DNA of 64,000 nt from a virus. Within the stretch, counting starts at the first letter, position 1, and every line of letters begins with the position of its first letter. Positions 16,999 to 28,072 of this stretch are shown piece after piece. The notes beneath the pieces were generated by a model, which was given only the letters and a program-made list of their open reading frames with translations, was not told the origin of the DNA and did no database searches. A program made the position numbers and the translations under genes. The stretch is from positions 1-64,000 of the IMG/VR virus record IMGVR_UViG_3300049027_000140. The stretch is one strand, 5' to 3'.

Positions 16999-18203
16999 AT
17001 CCCGTCCTGCTCAAGGTGAAGTGCGAGCTCCGCGGCCCGCTTTCGCTGATGGGCCGCTCGCTCGTCTGGGTCGGTCCGACCGCCCTGGAACTGCACCACG
17101 CGGCCCGATCGCGGCCCCGTTGTCGGCTTGCCACCCTGAAGCCACTCCGCCCACTTCGGCGGCGTGAACCCCTTCTCGAAGTGCTCCTGGCCGGACTTCG
17201 CCCGCCTGTACTCCGCGGAACTGGCCCGAATCCACGCGGTGGCGGCTTCGCCCGTGAGTGGCTGTCCGTCGGCGTCGAGCGCGTACGCCTTCAGGATCGG
17301 CCAGAAGACCGACTTCTGCGGTGGCACCGCGAACGGTGCCCCGGTAACGTCGGTCTGCCCCTGCGCGTAGGCCTCGGCGTAGCGCTGCCCTGCCGGCGGC
17401 TCGTCGGCTGCGCGCGCAGAGCTCCGGGGTGCACGGCGCGCGGCTTTCGCCGGCGCCGCCGCACCCGCCGGCGCCATGGCGCCGAACAGGGGCAGCGGGC
17501 CGGTGACCGCCGCCCGCTTGGGCGACTCGACCGGCGGCGCCGGGCGCGCGGAGGGCATCGGGCGGACGCTGGCAGGCGTCGGCTCGGGGTCGCCGCCGCC
17601 ATCGAACTCCGGCGTCCCGGCCACTGCGCCCACATCGGACCCCTCCACGCGCGCGGCGCTAGCCGGCGCGCAGTCCCCCGCAGGGGGGTGGTCTTCCTTG
17701 GGTGCTTCCATGGGAGATTCCCTGAGAGATTTGTGTCCGGTTACCGGACCCCTGCCGTCCGGTAATCGGACCCCTGCCGTCCGGTAATCGGACCCCTGCC
17801 GTCCGGTAATCGGACTGGTCCGATTATCGGACTGGTCCGGCAGCTGGACTAGTCCGACCATCGGACTGGTCGCGGGAGCCTCGACCGGCGGCGACGGCGC
17901 GCGGACGACGCTGCCGCCGCTGGTCCGGACGAGGTACATCGTCGAGGCGCGGCCGCCTGGGCCGGCGGGCGCGCACCCCTGCCGCTCGATCCAGCGCGCC
18001 GCCTCGAGCTCGTTCAGGCACGTCACGACCGTGCTCCTCGCGAGGCCGGTCATCGCAGCCAAGCGAGACAGCGACGGCCAGGCGCGGTCGGAATCCCGTG
18101 CGTGGTCGGCCAGCACCAGCAGGACGAGCCGGTGCGACGCCGACATCTGCTTGGGTGAGAGGGCCTCCAGGACCCGCATCACCTCGAAGATGGCGAGCGC
18201 CAT
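16995..18203 (-). CDS. phage replication initiator (N-terminal winged HTH, lambda O analog)
   Basis: RLVLLVLADHA...AWPSLSRLAAMTGLARSTVVTCLNELE; internal iterons. Confidence 0.85.
   Translation of the reverse strand: MALAIFEVMRVLEALSPKQMSASHRLVLLVLADHARDSDRAWPSLSRLAAMTGLARSTVVTCLNELEAARWIERQGCAPAGPGGRASTMYLVRTSGGSVVRAPSPPVEAPATSPMVGLVQLPDQSDNRTSPITGRQGSDYRTAGVRLPDGRGPVTGHKSLRESPMEAPKEDHPPAGDCAPASAARVEGSDVGAVAGTPEFDGGGDPEPTPASVRPMPSARPAPPVESPKRAAVTGPLPLFGAMAPAGAAAPAKAARRAPRSSARAADEPPAGQRYAEAYAQGQTDVTGAPFAVPPQKSVFWPILKAYALDADGQPLTGEAATAWIRASSAEYRRAKSGQEHFEKGFTPPKWAEWLQGGKPTTGPRSGRVVQFQGGRTDPDERAAHQRKRAAELALHLEQDGI
17735..17866. repeat. replication origin iterons: 7 copies of GTCCG-N5-(C/T)GGAC
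   Basis: copies start at 17735, 17757, 17779, 17801 (22-bp period) then 17818, 17835, 17852 (17-bp period). Confidence 0.85.
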
Positions 18204-18928
18204 CAGTGCGCCTCGTGGGGAAGGATGTCGTCTCCCACCCGGGATCCGTATTCCACGCCGGCGTCGAGGGCCGCTGTAGCTCCCATCTCGCTCGGGTCGA
18301 TGCACTCATTCTCGTCATCGGCCATGCGCTGCTCAGCAACGGCCATGTAGTGTTGGGACAGCGCCTCGTTGATTCGGTCGACGACCACGGCGACGCTCTC
18401 GACGGACGTGGCCGCGCGCCTGCCGTCGAGGCGGGCCTGAGTCAGCGGGTTGGTCGGGGCGCTGATCTCGGAGGCGAGGTACTTCGCGTTGAGCAGCGTC
18501 GCTAAGTCATCGTCGGACAGGACCCCTGTGTGCCCGAACGTGACAACGTCCGCGTCCGCGATCTTGTCGCCGATTGGCATTCCCTCAGCGATGCCGAGGA
18601 TGAACTGCACCTGCTCGTCCGTGAACCCATGCATGGCAGGCGCCTCTCGAGGCTTCCGCTTCTGCTCCTCCGGGAAGGCCCACCGCATCCCATCGATGAA
18701 GCCAATCAGACGCGGATCCGCGCGGAACCACTCGCCGTGGAGCCGCAGGTCGGCGAAGCGCTCGTGGAGGCCCCGCTCGTGCTGCGGGCTCCCGGGGGCG
18801 AACGCGAGCAGCTTCAGCGGCTTTGAGTTGCCGGTCTGGAGCGCCGAGAGCCGCGCAAACGGGTCCCCGCCCGTGTAGCCGATCTTGATGGCCCCGTCGG
18901 GGGCCTCCTGGATGAAGTAGATCGGCAT
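18203..18928 (-). CDS. GIY-YIG superfamily (T5orf172/MUG113-like) protein
   Basis: IYFIQ...IKIGYT...RLSALQTG...ERGLHERF...GEWF. Confidence 0.85.
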   Translation of the reverse strand: MPIYFIQEAPDGAIKIGYTGGDPFARLSALQTGNSKPLKLLAFAPGSPQHERGLHERFADLRLHGEWFRADPRLIGFIDGMRWAFPEEQKRKPREAPAMHGFTDEQVQFILGIAEGMPIGDKIADADVVTFGHTGVLSDDDLATLLNAKYLASEISAPTNPLTQARLDGRRAATSVESVAVVVDRINEALSQHYMAVAEQRMADDENECIDPSEMGATAALDAGVEYGSRVGDDILPHEAH

Positions 18929-19266
18929 CAGGCGGCCCTCCGCGTGCGGCCCGCCGGCGTCGGCAGACCGAGGTCACGGGCGGCCATCTTGGCCCCGTGC
19001 ATGACCGACGTGTGGTCGCGGTCGAACAGGGCGCCGATCGATGGGTAGCTCCACCGCCGTTCCTCGTGGAACCACAGCCAGATCCGGTGTCTCACACGCA
19101 CGACGTGGGCATGCCGCCGCGTGCCGAACACGTCCTCCAGCAGGACGTTTCCGTCTATGCAGAATTTGTTGATATCTCCCAGCAGTCCGAGCTGGTCGAG
19201 GTGGGCCAGCCGGCGCTTCAGGTTCTTGACTTGGTCAGCATCCGGCGATAAGGATTCCTGCGTCAC
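18928..19266 (-). CDS. stand-alone DnaA C-terminal-like HTH protein
   Basis: SYPSIGALFDRDHTSVMHG matches DnaA domain IV motif. Confidence 0.8.
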   Translation of the reverse strand: MTQESLSPDADQVKNLKRRLAHLDQLGLLGDINKFCIDGNVLLEDVFGTRRHAHVVRVRHRIWLWFHEERRWSYPSIGALFDRDHTSVMHGAKMAARDLGLPTPAGRTRRAA

Positions 19267-20333
19267 GAGACCACCTCTCGTTCTGAGACGCCGACGGCTC
19301 CACCCGCCGGCGTTTCGCTTTTTGTGGCGCGCCTGCTCGCCGCCGCGAACAAGCCAAGCTGTCCACGGCTCGCAGCCCTTGCCGCCACGCCGTCGCTCTC
19401 CGCGTCGAACCGCGCGGCCATGGCGCGGCAGTAGGTCTCCTCGCGCTCGACCAGGATGCAGCGCCGGCCGTTTCGGACCGCGCCGATCCCGGTCGTCCCA
19501 GAGCCCGCCGTCAGGTCGATGACCGGCTCGTCCGTGTCCTCGCGGTCGATGAAGAGCTCGAGCAGACGCACCATGAGCTCTTCCGGCTTCTGCGTGGTGT
19601 GGACGCGCTCCTCGCCGTCGGGTGAACCGCGGTCGAGAACGATCGGGATCGCCCAGTCCGCCGGGAGCCCGCCGCCGTTCCAGCGCTTCGCCTTCGGCTT
19701 CCCGCGAGCGCCGCGCGCATGGTGGAGGAGGATCGCCTCGCGGCTGACGGCGGGCCGGTCGCCGGAGACCTGCGGCGTCGAGCAGAGCTTCCGCCACGAG
19801 CCCTCGCGCACGTACTCGGCCCCTGCGGCAGCGAGCGAGAGACGCCAAAGCCATGTCCCCTCGGTGTCGGCGAAGGTCGCGATCCAGCGGGCGGCCAGCG
19901 CGACGGCCGCGCGGGCGAGCGATCGGCGGTCCCGTGGCCAGAGCGGGTCGAAGCCGATCTCCATCTTCCGGCGCTTGTTCGCGGGGCTCGTGAGGGAACC
20001 GCCGGCCTTCGAGCCGACGACCCCGTGCCGCTTTCCGAGAGACCGCGCGCTCGCGTGCACGTGGGGCGAGTAGGCCGGGTCGAATGCGACGAACCCGCGC
20101 ACGCCGGCGGCGGCGAGCTGAAGCCCGATAGCGGCGCCGTCTCCGTGGTAGATGGTGACCAGGCCGCGCTGGTAGAAGGGCGTGGGGAGCCCGGTCGGGA
20201 CGTCCAGCGGCTCCGCCAGCATCGCTTGTCGCTCGGCCTCGACCAGCAGAGTCCAGAGCGCGGCGCCGTTGGCGTCCTCGAGGACGAGCTCCTTCAGAGC
20301 GGTCAGCAGAGCGGGCTCGATCTCCGGCTTCAC
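19263..20333 (-). CDS. DNA amino-methyltransferase (N6A/N4C, beta class)
   Basis: IYHGD...FDPAY (motif IV variant), HTTQKP, VIDLTAGSGTTG (motif I). Confidence 0.85.
   Translation of the reverse strand: MKPEIEPALLTALKELVLEDANGAALWTLLVEAERQAMLAEPLDVPTGLPTPFYQRGLVTIYHGDGAAIGLQLAAAGVRGFVAFDPAYSPHVHASARSLGKRHGVVGSKAGGSLTSPANKRRKMEIGFDPLWPRDRRSLARAAVALAARWIATFADTEGTWLWRLSLAAAGAEYVREGSWRKLCSTPQVSGDRPAVSREAILLHHARGARGKPKAKRWNGGGLPADWAIPIVLDRGSPDGEERVHTTQKPEELMVRLLELFIDREDTDEPVIDLTAGSGTTGIGAVRNGRRCILVEREETYCRAMAARFDAESDGVAARAASRGQLGLFAAASRRATKSETPAGGAVGVSEREVVS
19285..19325 (+). terminator. GC hairpin plus T-run (antisense to operon)
   Basis: GAGACGCCGACGG-ctccac-CCGCCGGCGTTTC then gctttttg. Confidence 0.4.
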
Positions 20334-20977
20334 GCTCCCCTCCCCGTCCACACCTCGACGAGCACGCAGCCTTTCCCGGGCGGCGCACTCTCGACCCACG
20401 CCGCGAGGTCGATCTCGCCCTGGGAGTCCCCGCGGAGGTACCCCAGCTCGGCCGGGCCCATCTGCTCCTGCATCCTGGCCCAGACATCCGGCGAAAGGTG
20501 ATCCGGGCGCTTGCGCTTCCCGATCTGGAGCCGGTCCAGTGGGACCTTCGTGAAACCCGTGTCGTAGTCCTTCACGCGACCGCTGAACCGCACGATGCGG
20601 ACCATCGGCCGGCCGGTGAGGGGAGCCGCCGCGCGCGCGCCGATCTGCTCCAGCATGCGCTTCAGCACGCGGGCCTTGAGCTTCTTCAGCGCCCACGTGC
20701 CGAATCGCCCCATCTCCACGAGGCGGTTCGTCGTCGGCGCGTCTTCGAGCGGCAGCACGCAGCGGAGCACCAGAGAGCCCACGCCCTCCACGCGCTCGAC
20801 GGCTGGCTGCACACGCCCGCCCTTGAGCTTCTTCTCCGGCGGCGGCGGCTCGGCGAGGCGCTGGTCGACGAACGCGAGCGCCGCAGCCACGTCGAACGCC
20901 TTGGCGGGCTTCCTCGGCTTCTTCGCGGCGGCCGGCTCACCCGTGGTGGCCCGGCGGCGGAACGCGGCGCGCCTCAT
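20330..20977 (-). CDS. RusA-like Holliday junction resolvase
   Basis: PTTN...KDYD...KVPLDRL...GYLRGD acidic pattern, typical position. Confidence 0.6.
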   Translation of the reverse strand: MRRAAFRRRATTGEPAAAKKPRKPAKAFDVAAALAFVDQRLAEPPPPEKKLKGGRVQPAVERVEGVGSLVLRCVLPLEDAPTTNRLVEMGRFGTWALKKLKARVLKRMLEQIGARAAAPLTGRPMVRIVRFSGRVKDYDTGFTKVPLDRLQIGKRKRPDHLSPDVWARMQEQMGPAELGYLRGDSQGEIDLAAWVESAPPGKGCVLVEVWTGRGA

Positions 20978-21123
20978 GACGGCTCCTCCTCTTGCGCGGG
21001 CGCCTCGGACTCGTCCTGCTTCGGCTCCACCGGGAACATCTCCAGCGTCCTCTCGTCACGGATGTCGCGACAGGCGCACTCGCCGCCGCCGAGCAGTGGG
21101 CACCACGGCCTGTGGATTGTCAT
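20974..21123 (-). CDS. small Cys/His protein
   Basis: coupled; HxxWC...CxC. Confidence 0.45.
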   Translation of the reverse strand: MTIHRPWCPLLGGGECACRDIRDERTLEMFPVEPKQDESEAPAQEEEPS

Positions 21124-21713
21124 GTGGCCTCCTGCGCTGCGCGAGCCTGCAAGGACGGTATCAGAGCGCAAGTCGCGACTCTGTCATGCGCGGAGCGGAG
21201 GCGCCATGTGGGGAGAGTAGGAATCGACGATGTGCGTTGTCGGTGCAAAGCGCGCTCGCGGTTGCGCTTCGCCGTCAGCTCGTCTCGACGGCATCCGCAA
21301 CTCCGCACCTTCTCGCGCACGAGGTCGTCCTTGAGCACGGTGACGATCTGCCCGCAGGTGCAGCGGCAGCGCACGCGGAGCCGGGTGCGGCGCCCGCGCC
21401 GGCGCTGCGTCACGAAGGCGAGCGTCCGGAGGCGCCCGTGCCACCTTCGGACCGGCGCGCACCGGCGCCGCTTGCCGGCGGAGACGATCTCGATGGGCTG
21501 CGCCTCGAGGATCTCGACGTGCCGCAGCAGCAGCCCGGCCACGAGCAGGTGCAGAATCGCCGTGTGCTCGAGGCGGTAGAGTAGCGCCGGACCGACGAAG
21601 CGCGCGCCAGAGTCGCGAACCTCCTCGGCGGCGATCTCGGCGGCGTGCGCCTGGATGGCGGCGAGGTCGCAGCCGGCGACGTTCGCGGCAAGGGCGAGGA
21701 CGTCGAGCGTCAC
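21120..21713 (-). CDS. protein with CxCG...SCGC zinc module typical of HNH/AP2-associated phage proteins
   Basis: RCRCTCGQIVTVLKDDLVREKVRSCGC. Confidence 0.6.
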   Translation of the reverse strand: MTLDVLALAANVAGCDLAAIQAHAAEIAAEEVRDSGARFVGPALLYRLEHTAILHLLVAGLLLRHVEILEAQPIEIVSAGKRRRCAPVRRWHGRLRTLAFVTQRRRGRRTRLRVRCRCTCGQIVTVLKDDLVREKVRSCGCRRDELTAKRNRERALHRQRTSSIPTLPTWRLRSAHDRVATCALIPSLQARAAQEAT

Positions 21714-22336
21714 TCGGCGCTCCCGGCGCGCTTCGGCGCCCTCAGCCCGCGGTACTTCTCCAGCACCTGCTCCGCGGTGGGCTGCTGCTTCCGCGGCGCC
21801 GCCGGGACGGGTGCAGCACTCTCCACGGCGGGGCGCGCACGCAGCGCCGGCGGCGGCATCGGGCCGCCCGGGGCGCGCGGGCCGCGAGGCCGGCCGGGCC
21901 CCCGCTTCGGCGGCGCAGGCGGCTCCGGCGCAGCGGCGGGCTCCACGGCGTGAGGCTCGTCGTCCAGCGGCTCCACGGGCTCCGGCTCGACCTCGGCGTC
22001 GCCGGCCGCCTCGATGCGCTCCGCCAGCGCGAGGAGCTTGCCTCCAGCGAGCAGCAGCCCGGCCGCGTACCGGCGGAGCAGCCGCGCCAGCGCCGTCCCG
22101 GCGAGGCGGAGGAACGCCGGGCGCTGCTGGATCTCCCGCACGACCTGCTCCGCGTACGCGTGCGCGCGCTGCATCTCCTCCGGCGAGAGCCACTGCGTGA
22201 AGTCGACGGCGGGTGTGGGCTGCTGCGGCTCTTGCTGCACATGGCTCCGATCCGGGCGGCGCGCGGCGCGCCCTGCTGGCGTGGCGGTCGGCTCGGCCGA
22301 CATGTCGATGGCGAAGGCGAGTCCAAGCTGCGTCAC
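21710..22336 (-). CDS. hypothetical protein, Pro-rich C-terminus with AT-hook-like RGPGRPR
   Basis: coupled ORF. Confidence 0.55.
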   Translation of the reverse strand: MTQLGLAFAIDMSAEPTATPAGRAARRPDRSHVQQEPQQPTPAVDFTQWLSPEEMQRAHAYAEQVVREIQQRPAFLRLAGTALARLLRRYAAGLLLAGGKLLALAERIEAAGDAEVEPEPVEPLDDEPHAVEPAAAPEPPAPPKRGPGRPRGPRAPGGPMPPPALRARPAVESAAPVPAAPRKQQPTAEQVLEKYRGLRAPKRAGSAE

Positions 22337-22659
22337 AGGGGACCTCCGGAAACGACGTACGGGTGGAGCTCCAGCCCGGGCTCGCGGTACCGGTCGAGCT
22401 CAGCGACGGCGCACCCACGCCACCAATCGGAGCTCGCGAGGTCGCCTTCGCCGCGGCAGCGGAGCGCGTGGCTCGCGAACGCGGCGGCGCTCCGGACGAA
22501 GTGCAGGCGGCCGGTGAACCGCACGGCCGCTGCGGCGTCGTAGAGAACGCGGGCGCGAGCGACGTCGTCGGTCGCGGCGTCGATCCCGGCGAGGTCCCCG
22601 CCGTGACCGATGGCTCGGAGGTCGGCGGCGACGGCGGCCAGCAGCTCGTCAAGCGTCAC
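22333..22659 (-). CDS. hypothetical protein
   Basis: coupled ORF. Confidence 0.55.
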   Translation of the reverse strand: MTLDELLAAVAADLRAIGHGGDLAGIDAATDDVARARVLYDAAAAVRFTGRLHFVRSAAAFASHALRCRGEGDLASSDWWRGCAVAELDRYREPGLELHPYVVSGGPL

Positions 22660-23120
22660 GGGCGCCTCCCTTCAGCGGCGCGGGCGGCGCGCATCCCGAT
22701 CAGCGCGGCGATGACGCGGACGACGATTTGCTGATCCGTCGTGCCGTCCGCCACGACGACCATGCCGATCGGGCTGGTGCGGCCGCGGCGCTTGCCCTCC
22801 GCGATGAAGCGCCGCGCCCCGTCGAGGCTGCTCTTCACCTGGACGCGGTACAGGCGATCGTCGTCGCACAAGACGACGATGTCCGCGCCGATCCGGTCCT
22901 CTCGCGCGCCGCCGGCGCGTACGCCGACGATCCAGTTCGGCAGCGCCGCAGCGCGGAGCGCGGAGAGCACGCGGCGCTCGTTCGCGAAGCCGCGTACCTC
23001 GCCGAGGCGCTCTCGGGCGGCGCCGGTCGCGGCGGCGACCTCGGCGGCCGTGGCTCCGCGGCGGAGCAGGGCGGCCTCACGCGCGTCCTCGGCGCGGTCG
23101 ATCAGGCCGGCGAGGCTCAT
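22656..23120 (-). CDS. PD-(D/E)XK-family nuclease-like protein
   Basis: G..NE...ED..GADIVV...VQVKSS. Confidence 0.65.
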   Translation of the reverse strand: MSLAGLIDRAEDAREAALLRRGATAAEVAAATGAARERLGEVRGFANERRVLSALRAAALPNWIVGVRAGGAREDRIGADIVVLCDDDRLYRVQVKSSLDGARRFIAEGKRRGRTSPIGMVVVADGTTDQQIVVRVIAALIGMRAARAAEGRRP

Positions 23121-23401
23121 TCGGCACCGTCCTCTCCGCCGACGCCGCTCATGTCGCTGTCGCCGGCGTCGGTGGCGCACACGGGCATCGCGTCGCAGGC
23201 GGCGTGGCAGTCGTCCCGCAGCACGCCGCAGTCGCGGTGGCACGAGTCGCACGCGTCCTTGACGAGGCAACCCGTCAGCGCGAGCAGCGACAGGAGGCCG
23301 AGCGCGCGCTTGGCCCGTTCGGACAGCGCGAGCAGCGCCTCGCCGCGCGCGGCAGCGAAGATCAGCAGGGCGCTGACGAACACGAGGACGGTGCCGCTCA
23401 T
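23117..23401 (-). CDS. Cys-rich putative lipoprotein
   Basis: lipobox-like LALTGC followed by six Cys. Confidence 0.55.
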   Translation of the reverse strand: MSGTVLVFVSALLIFAAARGEALLALSERAKRALGLLSLLALTGCLVKDACDSCHRDCGVLRDDCHAACDAMPVCATDAGDSDMSGVGGEDGAE

Positions 23402-23528
23402 CGGGAAGCCCTCCCGGCCTGGGCATCGCGGCCCGGGGCGCGCCTGGCGCTGGGCGCCCGGGACGTGTGCGCGCTCTGGGCGCACGAAGGCGCGGCGGGG
23501 GCCGCGGCAAGGACGTCCAGCGGGGGCA

Positions 23529-23918
23529 TCACGCCTCCCCCGGAGCGGTCTCGTGGACCGAGCCGACGTGGTGGGAGGCCGCGTGGACCGCGCGCGCGTT
23601 GCCGGCGCTCCGGCACCAGGTCGCGTGCTCGTCGTCGTTGGTGGTGCCGCAGTCGTCGCAGGCGGCGGGGGCGACGTAGCGGCGCGGGCCGTCAGCGAGG
23701 CGCTCGTACAGGCGGAAGGTGCGGGGGCGGCGGCGTCGCATGGGGCTCTCCTGGTGTCCGCCGGCGATGACGCGCAGGTCGGGCTGGTAGTGGCAGCAGC
23801 AGGCGCAGGGGTCGGTGCCGATCCGGTGGTCGCAGAGCTCCGGGTCGACGTGGTCGCAGCAGCAGCCGACGTCGCCCGCAGCGTCGCGCCACTCGGTGGG
23901 GGTGACGGGGCGCATCAC
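23529..23918 (-). CDS. Cys-rich hypothetical protein
   Basis: coupled ORF. Confidence 0.5.
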   Translation of the reverse strand: MMRPVTPTEWRDAAGDVGCCCDHVDPELCDHRIGTDPCACCCHYQPDLRVIAGGHQESPMRRRRPRTFRLYERLADGPRRYVAPAACDDCGTTNDDEHATWCRSAGNARAVHAASHHVGSVHETAPGEA

Positions 23919-24121
23919 GAGGCGGCTCCGTCGGTGAGGCATGCCGGGCAGGTCACCGCGCCGCGCTCGAACGCGTAGAGGCGGCCGTCGTCGCGGAGGT
24001 ACACGCCATCCGGCAGACCCTCTGGCTGCCCGCTCCACTTCGGCGTGTCCCACGAGCCGTCGCAGGCGATGCGGACGTGCGGCTGGCTAGCCTCGTCGGA
24101 GAGGTGGACGGGCGCGCTCAC
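23915..24121 (-). CDS. small zinc-binding hypothetical protein (H...C...VTCPAC)
   Basis: coupled ORF. Confidence 0.6.
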   Translation of the reverse strand: MSAPVHLSDEASQPHVRIACDGSWDTPKWSGQPEGLPDGVYLRDDGRLYAFERGAVTCPACLTDGAAS

Positions 24122-24845
24122 CGGCCACCTCCCGCCGCGCCGGAGCGCGAGGAGGCGGAGGTGGTGGCGAAAGTGACCGTCGAGCCGCGAGTGGCGTGGA
24201 TGGCGTCGAGCGCCGCGGTGAGGTCAGCCTTGGACCGCGGCTTCCGCAGATCGTCGTTCGACGAGAACGCGCGAACCCCGGCGTCGGTGACCACGCACAG
24301 CGCTATGTGCTCCGCGCTGTACGGCCAGCGAGCGACGCCGCAGTCGCAGATGATGTGGACGATCGTCCGGCTGGCCCGGGTGCGCCCGACCTCCAGCGGC
24401 AGCGACCCGGGCTCGACGATGAGCGCCGCCGTCCCGTCGCCGCTGCGCTGGAGCAGCTGAAGCGGCTCGGCCCACGCGAAGGTGCCGTCGTCGCAGTACC
24501 CGAAGCCGCCGGTGGGCGCGAACGTGGCACTGAAGCCAGCTAGAAGGCGGCCCAGCCTCGCGTTGTTCTCTTCGGCGAACCTGTCACCGGCCGGACCCAC
24601 GCCGACGGGCACGTGAGCGAACGCGAGGAACCCGTCGAGCCACCACGACAGGAGAACGTGCAACGCGTAGGCGTCGTAGACGCTGTAAGCAGAGTCGCTC
24701 TGCGTCAGGAACTGGGCCACCCACGTTTGGCCGGCGTCGCTGTAGAAGAGGCGGAGGCAGTGCTCGACCTCCTCCGGGTCCATCCCCTTGGCCCGGTCGC
24801 GCCAGTAGCAGTTCTGGAGCTCTCGCTCGTGAAGCGTGAGCGAGC

Positions 24846-24849
<4 letters not shown>
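24118..24849 (-). CDS. hypothetical protein, translationally coupled to integrase stop
   Basis: ATGA overlap at 24846-24849. Confidence 0.65.
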
Positions 24850-26536
<1,687 letters not shown>

Positions 26537-26540
<4 letters not shown>

Positions 26541-26818
26541 GGCTTCTGGCTCCCGACCGTCGAGAGGGACAGCAGGCCCTTCCGCTGGGCGATCTGCTGC
26601 GCGCGGCGCGCGGTCACCTCATCGACGGGCCCCGAGGGGCGATAGGGCGGGCGCGGACCGCGACGCGACTGGGTTACCGGCGCCGCATTGGCTGGGAGGG
26701 GCGGCTTCGCGTCGGCGCCGTCTGCGCCAGGCTCCTCCAGCACCGCGAGCATCGCCTTGAGCCCAGCCGTGACAGCGCGTCGAAGCTGATCGTCCATGGT
26801 CACCTTCCTCCCCTCCAT
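26537..26818 (-). CDS. small basic protein upstream of int (possible recombination directionality factor)
   Basis: coupled to integrase start; function by position only. Confidence 0.5.
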
Positions 26819-26933
26819 CACGTCACCCACCCTTCCGCCGGCACCTGCTCCTCGCTGGCGCCGTAGTTGACGTCGCCATCGCGCCTCGGGCGTTCCTCGT
26901 GCTCGCGCGCGTCGTCTGCCTCCACGTCGCGCA

Positions 26934-27659
26934 TCAGCATGCGGCCCTCCGGGAGAGGTACACGTCGCACGCCATGAGCCCGTCGACCGCCCACTCGACG
27001 CCAACCGCATCTTTCAGGAACCACGTGATGCGGCTGAGCGCGCGGCGCCGCTGCCAGTCGGCGACGGCGCCGTGCTCCGGGAGAGCCGCCTCGAGCATCT
27101 CGATCGCCGAGGCGGTGGCGCCGATGACGTCCGCCGCCGGCGCCTCATCCTCCGCCAGCGAGCACATCGCCGAGGTGAACGCCGCCGGGCGCCTCGGGGT
27201 CGCGTCGGCGATCGTGGCGAGGATGAGCCGCCGGGCGTCGTCCCGCGTCCACGGCGTCGGCTCCTCGGGCGAGCGCGGCGGCGCCAGCGGCTCAAGCGCG
27301 GCGACGGGCGGCGGGGCCGGGAGCGCGGGGGAGACCTCGCCGGCGTAGTCGAAGCCGTTCTCGAGGAGCCAGCGCGCCGTCGCGATAGGATCCTGGAGGC
27401 GCTGTCCGTCGACGAGCAGCGGGTGCCCGCTGCCGGTCCACCGCTGCCCCTCACGCGGCGCCGGGGCGACGACGCGTAGCCCCACCGGGATCGAGTCGAT
27501 GCGGCAAAGCGGCGCGTCATCGGCTGAGGCGCCGCGGGTGACCCACCACCTCTCATCGAACGCGCGCGTGATCACCCAGCCGACGTTGAGGGCCCACTCC
27601 CACGCGACCCTCGCCCCCGGCTCGAACACCTGCGGCACCTCCGTCTTCAGCTCGCGCAT
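26934..27659 (-). CDS. hypothetical protein
   Basis: GGAGG RBS; coding-like composition. Confidence 0.6.
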   Translation of the reverse strand: MRELKTEVPQVFEPGARVAWEWALNVGWVITRAFDERWWVTRGASADDAPLCRIDSIPVGLRVVAPAPREGQRWTGSGHPLLVDGQRLQDPIATARWLLENGFDYAGEVSPALPAPPPVAALEPLAPPRSPEEPTPWTRDDARRLILATIADATPRRPAAFTSAMCSLAEDEAPAADVIGATASAIEMLEAALPEHGAVADWQRRRALSRITWFLKDAVGVEWAVDGLMACDVYLSRRAAC

Positions 27660-28072
27660 ACGTCCTCCACGGCGCTCTCCAGCGCCTGCACGGCGAGACG
27701 CTGCGGCGCCTCGCATCCTCCCGCGATCCGCTCCAGAGCTCCGCGCAGGTGGCGCGCCTCCGCGCCGACGACCGCCGCCCGGTCGCACTCGGCGCGCAGG
27801 TGGCGGTGGTCCTCGACGCGGAGGATCGTCAGCCCGTGCTTGTCGATCTCCCGCACGAAGTCCGCCTGCTCGACCACCTTGGCGCGCGCGGCGTCGCGCT
27901 CTCCGCGGAAGCGCTTCGCCGTCGCGATGATCCTCACCAGCCGGGCCCGCATCCGGCGCGCCCTCGCCTCGAGCACCGCGGTGCTCGCGTCCCGCCGCGT
28001 CTCGGCGACGTGGTAGGCGATGAGCGCGGCGCCGAGGAGCCACGGGACCAGCTGCACCCCCCGGGCCCTCAC
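27647..28072 (-). CDS. membrane-anchored coiled-coil protein
   Basis: N-terminal TM, GTGA coupling. Confidence 0.55.
   Translation of the reverse strand: MRARGVQLVPWLLGAALIAYHVAETRRDASTAVLEARARRMRARLVRIIATAKRFRGERDAARAKVVEQADFVREIDKHGLTILRVEDHRHLRAECDRAAVVGAEARHLRGALERIAGGCEAPQRLAVQALESAVEDVCAS

Noticed and set aside
17735-17866. CRISPR-like array
   Set aside because: Spacers are 2-7 bp and largely identical, the repeats lie inside the initiator gene and there are no cas genes; these are iterons
22656-23120. Restriction-modification pair with the MTase at 19263-20333
   Set aside because: Separated by several genes, and the small PD-(D/E)XK protein resembles stand-alone phage nucleases rather than a cognate REase
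23117-23401. c-type cytochrome (CDSCH heme motif)
   Set aside because: The motif is part of a six-Cys pattern in a tiny lipoprotein, more consistent with disulfides; no supporting context
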